The notes below the pieces were generated by a model. That model did not search any database, was not told the origin of the DNA, and saw nothing but the letters and a program-made list of their open reading frames with translations. Below are positions 1-9,948 of a DNA stretch of 64,000 nucleotides, one piece after another. The stretch comes from an uncultured Candidatus Rokubacteria bacterium. GTDB lineage: Bacteria > Methylomirabilota > Methylomirabilia > Rokubacteriales > CSP1-6. Position 1 is the first letter of the stretch. Each line of letters starts with the position of its first letter. A program made the translations under genes and the position numbers. Where the stretch lies: the NCBI GenBank assembly GCA_963758635.1, contig CAVWWD010000001.1, positions 1 to 64,000 on the forward strand, given 5' to 3'.

Positions 1-1452
1 GCGCAGCGTCGAAGCGCCCCGCTTCAGCAGCGCAGCGGCTTCCTTGGCCACCGCCGTGCCCTCGAAGAAGCGCGGGTTCTGCGTGCCCCACAGCCGCACC
101 GCGTTGCCGAAGACGAAGTCGTGGAAGTCGTCCTCGGTGATGAGGCCGTCCTCGACCAGCTCGAACGCCTCGGGCAGGGGGTCGCGCATGTCGACCACGT
201 CGAAATGCCCGATGTCGGAGCTGTAGATCGCGTTGATCCGCGCGCCCAGCGGCATCGCCTTGCCGAACGCCACCGCGTTCATGCGGTCGTCGGCCTCGCA
301 GCCGAAGTAGTACGGCGTGGCGTAGAGGTCGAGCCAGTCCTGCTTCTGGGTGATGTTGCACTGGATGTAGTCGTCGGGCGGCATCCCGCCGGTGAGGAAG
401 TCCTCTTCGAGCGGCCAGCCGTCGCGGCGGTCGAGCTCGGCGGCGAGGTCGGCGTAGCCGTACTTGCCGACCAGCTCGCGCAGCAGCGGCCGGTTGAGCT
501 TGGTCGGGTCCATGTTCTGCATGCCCTTGGCGCCGCGCCGCTCCCAGTGCTCGATCAGGTCGCAGAAGAGCTGGCAGCCCCAGCCGACACCGCCTTCGAG
601 GAAGGCGAAGCGCAGATCGGGGAAGCGCCGGGTCACGCCGCCGAGGAACAGCGCCTTGGCGACGTTGTGGCCGGCCGCCGCGAAGTGGCCGATGTGGTTG
701 AAGGTGAAGTTGGTCGGGCTGTTGCGCTCGCCATAGGAGCGGCCGCCGGTGTGGAAGGTCGGCGCGATGCCGAGCTCGCGGCACTTCTGCCACAGCGGGT
801 CGTAGTCGTACTCGCTGTCGAGCCCGAGCTGATCGAAGCCCTGGGCATAGCGGGCGAGGTCGGCGGGAGCGCCCTTGGCGTGCGGGATCGGCCGGCGCAC
901 GCCACTGCCGAACATGCAGACCTTCGCGCCGAGCTGGCTGGTGACGAACGTCAGCTCCTCGATCGCCTCCTCCGGCGTGTGTACCGGAATCACCGCGGCC
1001 GGGGTCAGCTTGTCGCCGAGGTCCTTGAAGTACTCGTGGGTGACCACGTTGAAGCCGCGGATGACCGCGCGGCGGGTCGCGTCGTCCGCGATGCGCGGGA
1101 TGCCGAGCCCGGCGGTCGGATAGACGATGCCGAAGTCGATGCCGAGCTCATCGCACCGGTCGTAGAGCATCCGGGGCATCATCGCCGTGGCGCGGTCGCG
1201 GGTGTTGGTCGATTGCCGGCCCCAGAACCCCTCCATGGCCACGCCGCGCTCGGCGCGCTCGCGCGGGGTCATGCCGAGCGAATCCGGCCCACGACGCTGC
1301 GACTGCAAGAACCCGTTGGCGCCGAGGTCGCCCGTGACCTTGCGGATCTTCTCCGCGAAGACCGGGGCGTACTCGACCCAGTGTCCGTCGCCGTCGATGA
1401 CGGGGTGCGTGAGGCTCTTGCGGATCTCCTCGGGCGTATGGTGCGAGCTCAT
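1..1452 (-). CDS. Amidohydrolase family protein (Amidohydro_2-like), 3' end runs off the window
   Basis: Own translation of the minus strand: MSSHHTPEEIRKSLTHPVIDGDGHWVEY..., later PTFH, FAFLEGG and YSSDIGHFD motifs. No stop inside the window, so it is absent from the ORF track. GGAG RBS upstream. Confidence 0.85.
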   Translation of the reverse strand, partial: MSSHHTPEEIRKSLTHPVIDGDGHWVEYAPVFAEKIRKVTGDLGANGFLQSQRRGPDSLGMTPRERAERGVAMEGFWGRQSTNTRDRATAMMPRMLYDRCDELGIDFGIVYPTAGLGIPRIADDATRRAVIRGFNVVTHEYFKDLGDKLTPAAVIPVHTPEEAIEELTFVTSQLGAKVCMFGSGVRRPIPHAKGAPADLARYAQGFDQLGLDSEYDYDPLWQKCRELGIAPTFHTGGRSYGERNSPTNFTFNHIGHFAAAGHNVAKALFLGGVTRRFPDLRFAFLEGGVGWGCQLFCDLIEHWERRGAKGMQNMDPTKLNRPLLRELVGKYGYADLAAELDRRDGWPLEEDFLTGGMPPDDYIQCNITQKQDWLDLYATPYYFGCEADDRMNAVAFGKAMPLGARINAIYSSDIGHFDVVDMRDPLPEAFELVEDGLITEDDFHDFVFGNAVRLWGTQNPRFFEGTAVAKEAAALLKRGASTLR

Positions 1453-1491
1453 GTGGCTCCTCCCGGAAGCGCGGAGTGGGACTTCGCGTGA

Positions 1492-1521
1492 AGCCTATGC
1501 CGCCGCCACGACCCAAGTCAA
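1492..1521 (-). promoter_or_regulatory. Putative sigma70 promoter of the amidohydrolase gene
   Basis: TTGACT-N18-TAGGCT on the minus strand, 40 nt upstream of the start. Confidence 0.5.
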
Positions 1522-1568
1522 TCCACGGGAAGCGCGTGGACCAGGATGTTCGTGTCGAGAGCGATCAC
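1518..1568 (-). pseudogene. vapC: Truncated VapC/PIN toxin remnant (16 codons)
   Basis: GTG start overlaps the antitoxin stop (GTGA). Reads MIALDTNILVHALPVD*, a typical PIN N-terminus (DTN motif), then stops. Confidence 0.75.
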
Positions 1569-1804
1569 CCTCGGTCCATGAGGTCGAAGAGCTTGTCTCG
1601 GTCGGCGAGGTCGACGCCGGGCAGGAGGCGGCCTTCGACCGTCCTGAGCCGAAACGTGTACGGGGGGCCGCGGCGCGCCTGACCGAGGGCCAGCCCATGT
1701 CGCAGCGCCTCGTTCACCACGTCCTTCAGCGGTCGGCCCTGCTGCCCCGCGAGCCTCCTGGCCGCCTTCAAGACATCGTCGTCAAGCGTCAAGGTGGTTC
1801 TCAT
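1565..1804 (-). CDS. vapB: VapB-like ribbon-helix-helix antitoxin
   Basis: MRTTLTLDDDVLKAARRLA...VVNEALRHGL is a typical RHH VapB sequence. Confidence 0.85.
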   Translation of the reverse strand: MRTTLTLDDDVLKAARRLAGQQGRPLKDVVNEALRHGLALGQARRGPPYTFRLRTVEGRLLPGVDLADRDKLFDLMDRG

Positions 1805-1806
1805 GA

Positions 1807-1841
1807 GCATCATGATGCGTGGGGGGTCGAGACGCTGTCAA
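1807..1841 (-). promoter_or_regulatory. Antitoxin promoter with palindromic operator
   Basis: TTGACA (1841-1836), N18, CATCAT. The perfect palindrome GCATCATGATGC (1807-1818) overlaps the -10. Confidence 0.55.
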
Positions 1842-1997
1842 GCGGGGCGGACCGGGATGTCTCCGCCGGGCCGCGACGCGCTCGGTGGCAGGCGCATTTG
1901 ACAGGCCTGACTGCGACGCGCTATGTCTCCTTCGCACACCAGCGCGCCGGGTCGTCGGCCTTGCGGGCCGGGCTGCCTCGCGAAGGAGGAGGGGATC

Positions 1998-3149
1998 ATG
2001 GCTCTGAAGGAGCGCGGCGCCGTCACCGGGATCGGTGAGACGGCCTACAGCAGGAACTCGGGGAAGAGCGTGGTGGCGCTCCAGCTCCAGGCCGCGCTCG
2101 CGGCCATCGCCGATGCCGGCCTGTCGCCCAAGGACATCGACGGCATCATCGCCTACGGGCCGAGCGGGGTGGTGGCGGAGGACTTCGTCACCAACTTCGG
2201 CATTCCGGACCTCCGGTTCTCGGCGACCACGCCCATGGGCGGGGCCAGCGCGGTCGCCGCCGTGCAGTGCGCGGTCGCGGTGATCGCCAGCGGCGTCTGC
2301 CGTCACGTCCTGATCCCGCTCGGCCGCAACGGGGCCTCGGGCAGCCGGATCGGCGCCCGGGTCCGCGAGATGCCGCAGTTCCGCGTCGTCGGCGAGTTCG
2401 AGATGCCGGTGGGGGCGATCGCTCCGGCGCAGCTCTACGCGCCGATGGCCCGTCGTCACATGGAGCTCTACGGGACCACCAGCCGCCAGTTCGGCGAGAT
2501 CGCCGTGGCGGCCCGCCGGCACGCCGCGCTCCACGGCAACGCCATCATGACCGCGCCCATGACGCTCGAGGACCATCAGGCGTCGCGGATGATCGCCGAC
2601 CCTCTCCGGCTGTTCGACTGCAGCCTGGAGAGCGACGGCGCCGCCGCCGTCGTCGTGAGCGCGGCGGAGGTCGCTCGGGACCAGGCGCGGCCGCCAGTCT
2701 ACGTGATGGGCGTCGCCGAGGGCCATCCGGATTCGCCGAGCGTCATCTCGCAGCGCCCGGACCTGACCACGCTGGGCCTCGCCAAGGCGGCGCCGCGCGC
2801 GTTCGCGATGGCCGGGGTGGGGCCGGGCGACATCGACGTGGCCGAGATCTACGATTGCTTCACTTTCACCGTCCTCTGCGAGATCGAGGACCTCGGGTTC
2901 TGCGGCAAGGGCGAGGGCGGCCCCTTCGTCGAGGACGGGGGGATCGCGCTGGGTGGCCGGTTGCCCGTCAACACGCACGGCGGGCTCCTGTCCCAGGCGC
3001 ACATGGCGGGCCTCAACCACATCGTGGAGCTCGTGCGGCAGCTTCGCGGCGAGGGCGGAGCCACGCAGGTCCCGGACGCCGAGGTCGGCCTCGTCACCGG
3101 GTACGGCGACATGGGCGACGGATCGCTGGCCATCATGCGGCGGGGCTGA
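1998..3149 (+). CDS. Thiolase-family protein (SCP2/Ltp2-like, lacks the N-terminal catalytic Cys)
   Basis: VTGIGET, MGGAS at the usual Cys position, DCSLESDGAAA, EIYDCF, NTHGGLLS; strong AGGAGG RBS. Confidence 0.9.
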   Translation: MALKERGAVTGIGETAYSRNSGKSVVALQLQAALAAIADAGLSPKDIDGIIAYGPSGVVAEDFVTNFGIPDLRFSATTPMGGASAVAAVQCAVAVIASGVCRHVLIPLGRNGASGSRIGARVREMPQFRVVGEFEMPVGAIAPAQLYAPMARRHMELYGTTSRQFGEIAVAARRHAALHGNAIMTAPMTLEDHQASRMIADPLRLFDCSLESDGAAAVVVSAAEVARDQARPPVYVMGVAEGHPDSPSVISQRPDLTTLGLAKAAPRAFAMAGVGPGDIDVAEIYDCFTFTVLCEIEDLGFCGKGEGGPFVEDGGIALGGRLPVNTHGGLLSQAHMAGLNHIVELVRQLRGEGGATQVPDAEVGLVTGYGDMGDGSLAIMRRG

Positions 3150-3153
3150 GGCG

Positions 3154-3570
3154 ATGGCGACCGAGGCGGCCGCGAAGCCTCTGCCCGAGCCGACGCGCGA
3201 CTCGAAGCCGTACTGGGACGGCCTGAGCGAGGGCCGTCTGCTGCTCCAGCAGTGCGCGGCCTGCCGGAAGGTCCGCCACTATCCGCGTCCGGTGTGCGAC
3301 GCGTGCTACTCGATGGAGGTGGCATGGATCGAGGCCTCCGGCCGGGGCCGCGTGCACAGCTGGACCGTCGCGCACCACCCGTTCCACCCCGGCTTCAAGG
3401 CGGAGCTGCCCTACATCGTCGCCATCGTCGACCTCGAGGAAGGCGTCCGCATGAACGCGCAGATGCGCGGAGTGTCGCCGGGCGACATGCGGATCGGCTT
3501 GCCCGTCCAGGTCATCTTCGAGCGCGCGCAGGGGGAGCTGACCCTGCCAGCCTTCGTCCGGGCCTCGTGA
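3154..3570 (+). CDS. Zn-ribbon/OB-fold (DUF35) protein
   Basis: PYWDGL..GRLLLQQCAAC..YPRPVCDAC, SGRGRVHSWT; directly follows the thiolase. Confidence 0.9.
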   Translation: MATEAAAKPLPEPTRDSKPYWDGLSEGRLLLQQCAACRKVRHYPRPVCDACYSMEVAWIEASGRGRVHSWTVAHHPFHPGFKAELPYIVAIVDLEEGVRMNAQMRGVSPGDMRIGLPVQVIFERAQGELTLPAFVRAS

Positions 3571-3651
3571 GTGGCCGGATCTCCTCGGATGTTGCGTGGC
3601 TCCTCGCCCCTGTGAGAACGTCGGTCCCATACCGCTCCCAAGGAGACGCTC

Positions 3652-4881
3652 ATGTCCGCCAGCATCCGTGACTTCACCTTCCTGCAGGGCGTGAAGGTCG
3701 TCGATCTGACCCAGTTCGAGGCGGGCCCGTCCTGCACGGAGGCGCTCGGCTGGCTGGGCGCCGAGGTCGTGAAGATCGAGAACCCGAAGATGGGCGACCC
3801 CGGCCGCCGCCTCCGCCCGGGCCAGCCCGACACGGATCCGTACTATTTCCACGCCTTCAACGCCAACAAGAAGTCGATCACCGTCAACCTCAAGTCGCCC
3901 AAGGGGCTCGCCCTCGTCAAGGACATGATCGGCAAGGCCGACGTGATGATCGAGAACTTCGCCCCCGGCGCGATCGAGCGGCTGGGCCTGTCCTATGACG
4001 TCGTGAAGGCGATCAACCCGGGCATCATCTACGCCCAGGTCAAGGGCTTCGGCGAAGGCAGCCCGTTCGAGCAGAACCTGGCCTTCGACATGATCGCCCA
4101 GGCGTGCGGCGGCACGTTCAGCGTCACCGGAGACAGGAACGGCCCGCCGACCCGGCCGGGCATCTCGCTGGGCGATACGGGGACCGGCATGCTGATGGCC
4201 ATCACCATCCTGGGCGCGCTGTACAAGCGCCGGGAGACGGGCGAGGGCCATCGACTCCAGGTCGCCATGCAGGACGCGATGCTGCACTACATGCGGATCA
4301 ACTTCGCGACCCAGGGCCTGACCGGCAAGGCGGCCGAACGCGGCGGCAGCAAGGTGCCCGGCGTGACCAACGCGCCGATGGGGCTGTATCCGTGCGCGCC
4401 CGGCGGGCCGAACGACTACGTCTACATCATGACGAGCCGGGCGAACCCCGACCACTGGGACCGACTGCTGAAGCTGATCGACCGGCCGGACTTGATCGGC
4501 GACACGCGCTACCTGACCCCCGCCAACCGCGTCGAGCGGGAAGCGGAGGTGGACGAGGTCATCTCCGCCTGGACCCGCAAGCACGCGAAGCTCGACGCCA
4601 TGAAGCTGCTGGGCGAGGCCGGCCTTCCGGCGGGCGCGGTGCTGGACACGGACGAGCTGAACAAGGACGTCACGTTCGAGCAGCGCGGGATCATGCAGAC
4701 CATGGTCCATCCCGTGCACCGGCCTTTCAAGATGCCGGGCTGGCCCGTGCGCGTCGATGGCGCGGCCACGCGCATCACCTCGTCGCCCATGCTCGGCGAG
4801 CACACCGAGCAGGTGCTGAGCGACTGGCTGGGCCTGAACGCCCAGGCCGTGGCGGAGATGAAGAATGACGCCGTGATCTGA
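3652..4881 (+). CDS. Family III CoA-transferase (CaiB/BaiF, formyl-CoA transferase-like)
   Basis: LQGVKVVDLTQFEAGPSC, NANKKSIT, ENFAPG, active-site Asp in LGDTGTG, PMLGEHT. Confidence 0.92.
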   Translation: MSASIRDFTFLQGVKVVDLTQFEAGPSCTEALGWLGAEVVKIENPKMGDPGRRLRPGQPDTDPYYFHAFNANKKSITVNLKSPKGLALVKDMIGKADVMIENFAPGAIERLGLSYDVVKAINPGIIYAQVKGFGEGSPFEQNLAFDMIAQACGGTFSVTGDRNGPPTRPGISLGDTGTGMLMAITILGALYKRRETGEGHRLQVAMQDAMLHYMRINFATQGLTGKAAERGGSKVPGVTNAPMGLYPCAPGGPNDYVYIMTSRANPDHWDRLLKLIDRPDLIGDTRYLTPANRVEREAEVDEVISAWTRKHAKLDAMKLLGEAGLPAGAVLDTDELNKDVTFEQRGIMQTMVHPVHRPFKMPGWPVRVDGAATRITSSPMLGEHTEQVLSDWLGLNAQAVAEMKNDAVI

Positions 4882-4938
4882 CCGTCCGCCGCGTGCCCGG
4901 ACGCGGTCCGGCCCGCGCGGCGTGCCCGGAGTCCGCCC

Positions 4939-5940
4939 TCACTGCTTCTTCTGCCCCTGCTCGGCCTGCGCCTGCTTGACCACGTCGCCCACCTTCGCGA
5001 TGGGGCCCTTGAGGCCGTCGAGGATCGTCCGGAGCCGGGGGCCCTCGATGAAGATCCCGTCGATGCCCAGGCCCTTGTAGCGGGCGGCGACCTCGGCGTC
5101 CTCCATGGCGCCGCGCAGGGCCCGGGCGACCACGTCCAGGGTGGGCCGCGGAACGCCCTTCGGCGCGAAGACGATGATGCGCTCCTCGAACACCGTGGGC
5201 ACGCCTGCTTCCCGCGCGGTCGGCACGGCGGGCAGCTCCGGCACGCGCTCCTCCGAGAACATGACCAGGGGGCGGACGCCCTGCGACTTGTACAGCAGGA
5301 ACTCCGGCCCCGAGAAGAGGGATAGCTCCGTGTGCTTGCCGAGGATGGACTTCAGGCGGACGGCCCCGCCGCCGGACTGGACGTACCGGAACCTGACGCC
5401 GGCCTCCTGCTGGAACATGAGGGGCACGAAGTGCGGAAGGAGCCCGATGTTCATCGCCACCGTGATCGTCTCCGGCCTGGCGCGCGCCTCGGCGAGCACG
5501 TCCTGGATGGTCTTGAAGCGGCTGTCCTCCAGGCACCCCAGGCCCACCTGGGTGCGCCCGACCTGGCCGACCAGCTCGAAGGCGGTGTGGTCGTAGTCCA
5601 CCACGCCGACGGCGGGCGCCGTCAGCAGGCCCATGTGGAACATGCCGATGGTGTAGCCGTCGGGATCGGCATCCTTCACCAGCCGGGTGCCCACCGTGCC
5701 CCCGGCCGCCGCGTTGTTGACGACGACGATCGGCTGCGGCAGCAGCTTCCGCTTGTCGACCGTCTGCTGCAGGAGGCGCCCGACGACGTCGGTCTGGCCG
5801 CCCGGAGCGATCGGGATGATCATCCGGACCGGCTTGTCGGGATACGCGGCGGCGGCGGCGCCGGCCAGGCCGAGGGGCAGCGCGCCGGCGGCGGCCAGGA
5901 TCCGAAGCGCCTCGCGTCGGGTGAGTGTCGGCATGGTCAT
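4939..5940 (-). CDS. tctC: Tripartite tricarboxylate transporter substrate-binding protein (TctC/Bug)
   Basis: Tat-like signal LTRREAL, YPDKPVRMIIP.APGGQTD, ADPDGYT; ATGA overlap with the tctA stop. Confidence 0.88.
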   Translation of the reverse strand: MTMPTLTRREALRILAAAGALPLGLAGAAAAAYPDKPVRMIIPIAPGGQTDVVGRLLQQTVDKRKLLPQPIVVVNNAAAGGTVGTRLVKDADPDGYTIGMFHMGLLTAPAVGVVDYDHTAFELVGQVGRTQVGLGCLEDSRFKTIQDVLAEARARPETITVAMNIGLLPHFVPLMFQQEAGVRFRYVQSGGGAVRLKSILGKHTELSLFSGPEFLLYKSQGVRPLVMFSEERVPELPAVPTAREAGVPTVFEERIIVFAPKGVPRPTLDVVARALRGAMEDAEVAARYKGLGIDGIFIEGPRLRTILDGLKGPIAKVGDVVKQAQAEQGQKKQ

Positions 5941-7459
5941 CCTCCCGGGGTGTGTGGGCTCGTCTCCGGTGACCGGACCGGCCTGCGCGCCGTCCGGCGC
6001 CACTCTCGCACGAACGGCCAGACGAACAGCGCGGCCGCGACGGCGAGCATCGCGCAGGCCATGGGACGCTGCACGAGCGGCCAGTAGCTGCCCGCCGAGG
6101 CCATCAGGCCCGCCCGGAGCTCGGCCTCTGCGGCGGGCGCCAGCACGAGCCCGACCACGAATGGGGCGAGCGGAACCCGCGCCAGCTCCAGGAGCAGGCC
6201 GAGCAGGCCGAAGCCCAGCATCACCCAGAACGTCGAACGGCGCGGTTGTTGAGCGCGAAGGCGCCGATGACGGAGAACACGATCACCATGGGCAGGATCA
6301 CCGCCGGCGGCACCAGCATCAGGCGGGCGAAGAGGGCGATGCCGAACGTCATGAGCGCGAACATGACGAGGTGCGCCACCAGGTGGGTGGCGAAGATCGT
6401 GTTCACGATCTCGGGGTTGTTCTTGAAGAGCAGCGGCCCCGGCTGGAGGTTGTGGATGACGAGCGCGCCGAGCAGGACCGAGTCGGTCAGGCCGCCCGCG
6501 ATGCCGAGCGTGAGGATGGGCACGAGGGTGCCGCCGGTGGTGGCGTTGTTCGCGCTCTCGGCCGCGACGATCGCCTCCTCGCTGCCCGAGCCGAACTCGT
6601 GGGGGCGCTTCGAGAGGTTCTTCGCCGTCGCGTAGGCCACGATGGAGGCGACGGTGGCGCCCACCCCGGGCAGGATGCCGATCCAGATCCCGATCAGCGA
6701 CGAGCGCACCATGTTCCAGCCGTGCACCACGTAGTCGCGCAGCGACATGAACATCCCGTGCATCGAGGCCCGGATGGGCGCGGCGCCCCCCTCCACGTCG
6801 AGGGCGTCGGCCACGACCTGGCTGATCGCGAACATGCCGAGGATGACGGGCAGGCTGTTGAACCCGCCCTCCAGCGCGTGCACGCCGAAGGTGAGCCGCA
6901 GGATCCCCGAGCTCTCGTCGATCCCCGGGTACGACACCAGCATGCCCAGGAGGCCGGCGGAGAGTCCCTTGAGGAAGGAGGCCTCGGAGAGCGACGAGAT
7001 GAGGATGAGCGCCATCACGATCAGGGCGAAGTTCTCGAACGGGCCGAACGACACGGCGAGCCGCGCGAGCGGGGGGGCGAGCAGCACCAGCGCGCCCCAC
7101 GACAGGGTCCCGCCGATCAGGGACGAGGCGTTGCCGAGCCCGAGCGCCCGGCCGGGATGGCCGCGCCGCGCGAGCTGGTAGCCGTCCAGGCAGGTCATGA
7201 TCGCGTTCGGCTCGCCGGGGATGCGCATCAGGGTGGCGGTGATGAGGCCGCCCGACACGCCCCCCACGAACATGGCGATGAGGAGCGAGACCGCCTCGAC
7301 GCTGCCCATGTGGTAGGTGAACGGAAGGGTGAGGGCCATGAGGGTGCCCGCGGTGATCCCCGGCAGGACGCCGACCGCGACCCCGAGCGCGACCCCCGCG
7401 ACCATGACCGCGAAGGCCTTGAGGGTGAGGAGGTGCAGGAAGGCGTCGGCGAGCGTCAC
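5937..7459 (-). CDS. tctA: Tripartite tricarboxylate transporter permease TctA (frameshift near 6235)
   Basis: GVLPGI, RIPGEPNAIMT..DGY, AESANNA motifs; the C-terminus WVMLGFG..APFVVGLVL continues in another frame. Confidence 0.88.
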
Positions 7460-7465
7460 GGCCCG

Positions 7466-7945
7466 TCAGGTCAGGTCGAGCCTGAAGAGGACACGGAACA
7501 GGAGATCGAGGAGGACGGCGGCCGCCACGGCGAACGCGGCCACCGCCGCCACGCGCCGGCCCTGGAGGGGCCCGAGCAGCAGGCCGGACAGGAACAGGTA
7601 CACCGCGGTGGCGGGCAGGAAGCCGATGCCGCGCACGCTCAGGGCGCCCGCGTACGCGAAGGCCAGGAGCAGGATGCCGGCCGCCGTCCAGGGCCGTCGC
7701 GCATGCCCGGCGTCGGCATCGAGCCCCACCACCATGCCCACCGTCGCCCCGCCGAGCGAGCGCCCCACGAGGAGCCGGGCCAGCATGGCCACGCCCAGCA
7801 CGGCGAGCGCGGCGCTCACGGCGATGGGAAACGCCTTCGGCCCCAGCGGGTCGTAGGGGGCCGGCGGCAGCGCGCGCGCCTCGCGCCAGGTGACCCCGGC
7901 GACCACGAGGACGAGGAGGACGTAGGCGATCTCCGCCCGCCGCAT
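7466..7945 (-). CDS. tctB: Tripartite tricarboxylate transporter TctB
   Basis: Four hydrophobic segments, LGPKAFP and GFLPAT motifs; upstream of tctA. Confidence 0.85.
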   Translation of the reverse strand: MRRAEIAYVLLVLVVAGVTWREARALPPAPYDPLGPKAFPIAVSAALAVLGVAMLARLLVGRSLGGATVGMVVGLDADAGHARRPWTAAGILLLAFAYAGALSVRGIGFLPATAVYLFLSGLLLGPLQGRRVAAVAAFAVAAAVLLDLLFRVLFRLDLT

Positions 7946-8051
7946 CCCGGCGCTCCTTCGGCTCGATGGAGGTGCGTCCGCGGTTCGGCGCCGCAGGGCG
8001 GCCAGGCGCGCGCGGATGGCTATGGAAACGCCGCCCGGCGGTCTGTTCGGC

Positions 8052-9309
8052 TCATTCCGACGTGCCGCGGCCCGTGTACGCCTTGCCGCGCGACAGCCAC
8101 GTCTCGCGCCCCGCCACCTCGCCCGCTCCGAGCTGACGCGCGAAGTCGGCCTTCGCCTGCCCGAGCAACGACGACTCCGCGAGGAGATCCGCGGCGGTCA
8201 TCGCGAGCACCGCCGCGCCGTCCGCGACGGCGGCGTCACCCGCCGGCGACGCGGCGGCGGCCGCGAACTCCACCGTGTGGTTCGCGATCGTGTCCGGCAC
8301 GATCGCCACGTAGGCGTGGATGGCGGGCAGGATCTGGCTGATGTCGCCCATGTCGGTCGAGCCCATGCGCTCGTTCGGCGCCGGCTCGATCACCGCGCGT
8401 CCCACCGCCGCCATGTTCCGCGCCATCACGTCGGCGATGGTCGTGTTCGGCACCGTGTTGTCGTAGCCGCGCGTCTCCGTCCACTCGAGCCGGGCGCCCG
8501 TGGCCCTGGCGCCGGCCTCCGCGGCGTCGCGGACGCATCTCGACGAGCTTGCGCTGGTAGGCGCGATCGCGCGCCCGCACCGAGAAGCGCGCCGAGGCCC
8601 GGGCGGGGATGATGTTCACCGCGTCGCCGCCGTGCGTGATGATGCCGTGCACGCGGGCGTCGCCGCGCATCTGCAGGCGGCGGGCGTTGACGCCGACGAA
8701 CGTCTGGATGACCGCCTCGAGGGCGTTGATCCCGAGGTCGGGCGCCCCCGCCGCGTGCGACGCCTTGCCGTGGAACACCAGCTCGATGCGGCTCGACGCC
8801 AGCGAGCTCCGGCGCACCATGTCGCTGCGGGAGGGGTGCAGCATGAACGAGGCGTCGACGTCGTCGAAGACCCCCGCCTCGGCGAGCAGGATCTTGCCGC
8901 CGCCGCCCTCCTCCGCCGGCGTGCCGATGACCAGCACCCGCCCGGGGAACCGCTGGCCGCTCCGCGCGAGGGCGAGCCCGGCGCCGATCGCCGTCGTCGC
9001 GATGATGTTGTGGCCGCAGGCGTGGCCGATCCCGGGGAGCGCGTCGTACTCGGCCAGGATCGCGAGCGTCGGTCCGGGCTCGCCGCCGTCGAGCGCGGCG
9101 CGAAACGCGGTGGCGAGGCCGCCCACGCCGCGCTCCACGCGGAGCCCGCCGCGCTCGAGCGCATCGGCCAGGCTCGCGCTCGCGCGGTGCTCGTTGAACG
9201 CCAGCTCCGGGTGGGCGTGGATGTCGTGGCTCAGCGCGACGAGCTCGCCGCGCAGCTCGCCGACCAACGTCCGGATGCGTGCCTTCCAGCTCTCGAGATC
9301 GATCCCCAT
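8052..9309 (-). CDS. M20 family metallopeptidase/amidohydrolase (frameshift near 8535)
   Basis: HPELAFNE, EYDALPGIGHACGHN, GTPAEEGGGGK, GSTDMGDIS; removing one base at ~8535 joins the two ORFs. Confidence 0.9.
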
Positions 9310-9406
9310 GCGATGTCCTCCCCCGCCGGCCGGTGCGCCACCGGCTGTCGATGCGCCATGCGTGATGCGGTCAGATAGGCCGAGCCATTTCCCGTCGCGA
9401 TGCTCG

Positions 9407-9435
9407 AAGCTACGAAGCCGCGGACGGCGTGTCAA
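9407..9435 (-). promoter_or_regulatory. Sigma70 promoter for the M20-tctBAC operon
   Basis: TTGACA-N17-TAGCTT on the minus strand. Confidence 0.65.
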
Positions 9436-9563
9436 CACCCCCGGCAGGATTCCACGCGGCGCTGTCGATGATGGATCCGCGAGGTTGCCCTATGGCCGGC
9501 CGGCGAGCATGATCGTCCACGGATCGCGTGCGGGAGCGCTGATCCGGCAAGGAGGCCATCACC

Positions 9564-9948
9564 ATGCATCGCAGCTTGCACGCCCGCATGGCCGAGCACC
9601 CCGCGCACGCCTCGTCTGGCGCGTCGGAGGCCTGGCACCTCCTCGCGAGCGCGAGGAGCGCTCGATGAGGCGGCGGGGCGCGCCGACCGTCCGGAACACC
9701 GCAGGCAACGTCCGACTTCTCGCTCGGCGAGCTGGCCGACGGGCTCGAGTGGCCGGGCCCGCCCGACTACGGGCGCGAGGGAGCGGTGGGCGAGTTCCGC
9801 CCCCCGCTGGACGCGAGGCCGGCGGATCGGCATTCACGTCCTCATCGCCACCGACGGCCTCTCGAAGATCGTGTACGCGAGCTGGGCGTGCGGGTCGAAC
9901 ACGGCGTCCGGCTACGTGCAGCTCGAGGTCCGGTGCACCGCCCTGTAA
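9564..9948 (+). pseudogene. Possible disrupted hypothetical gene
   Basis: Strong AAGGAGG RBS before ATG 9564. Protein-like segments SDFSLGELADGLEWPGPPDYGREG and RIGIHVLIATDGLSKIVYASWACGSNTASGYVQLEVRCTAL* lie in different frames. Confidence 0.3.

Noticed and set aside
121..1491. 456-aa plus-strand ORF and similar long antisense ORFs (for example 5687-8341, 23579-25801, 52915-55212)
   Set aside because: Shadow ORFs opposite real genes, expected in high-GC DNA; they carry no recognisable motifs.
4882..4938. GCGTGCCCGGA direct repeat between convergent genes
   Set aside because: Only two short GC-rich copies, compatible with chance or a weak terminator structure.
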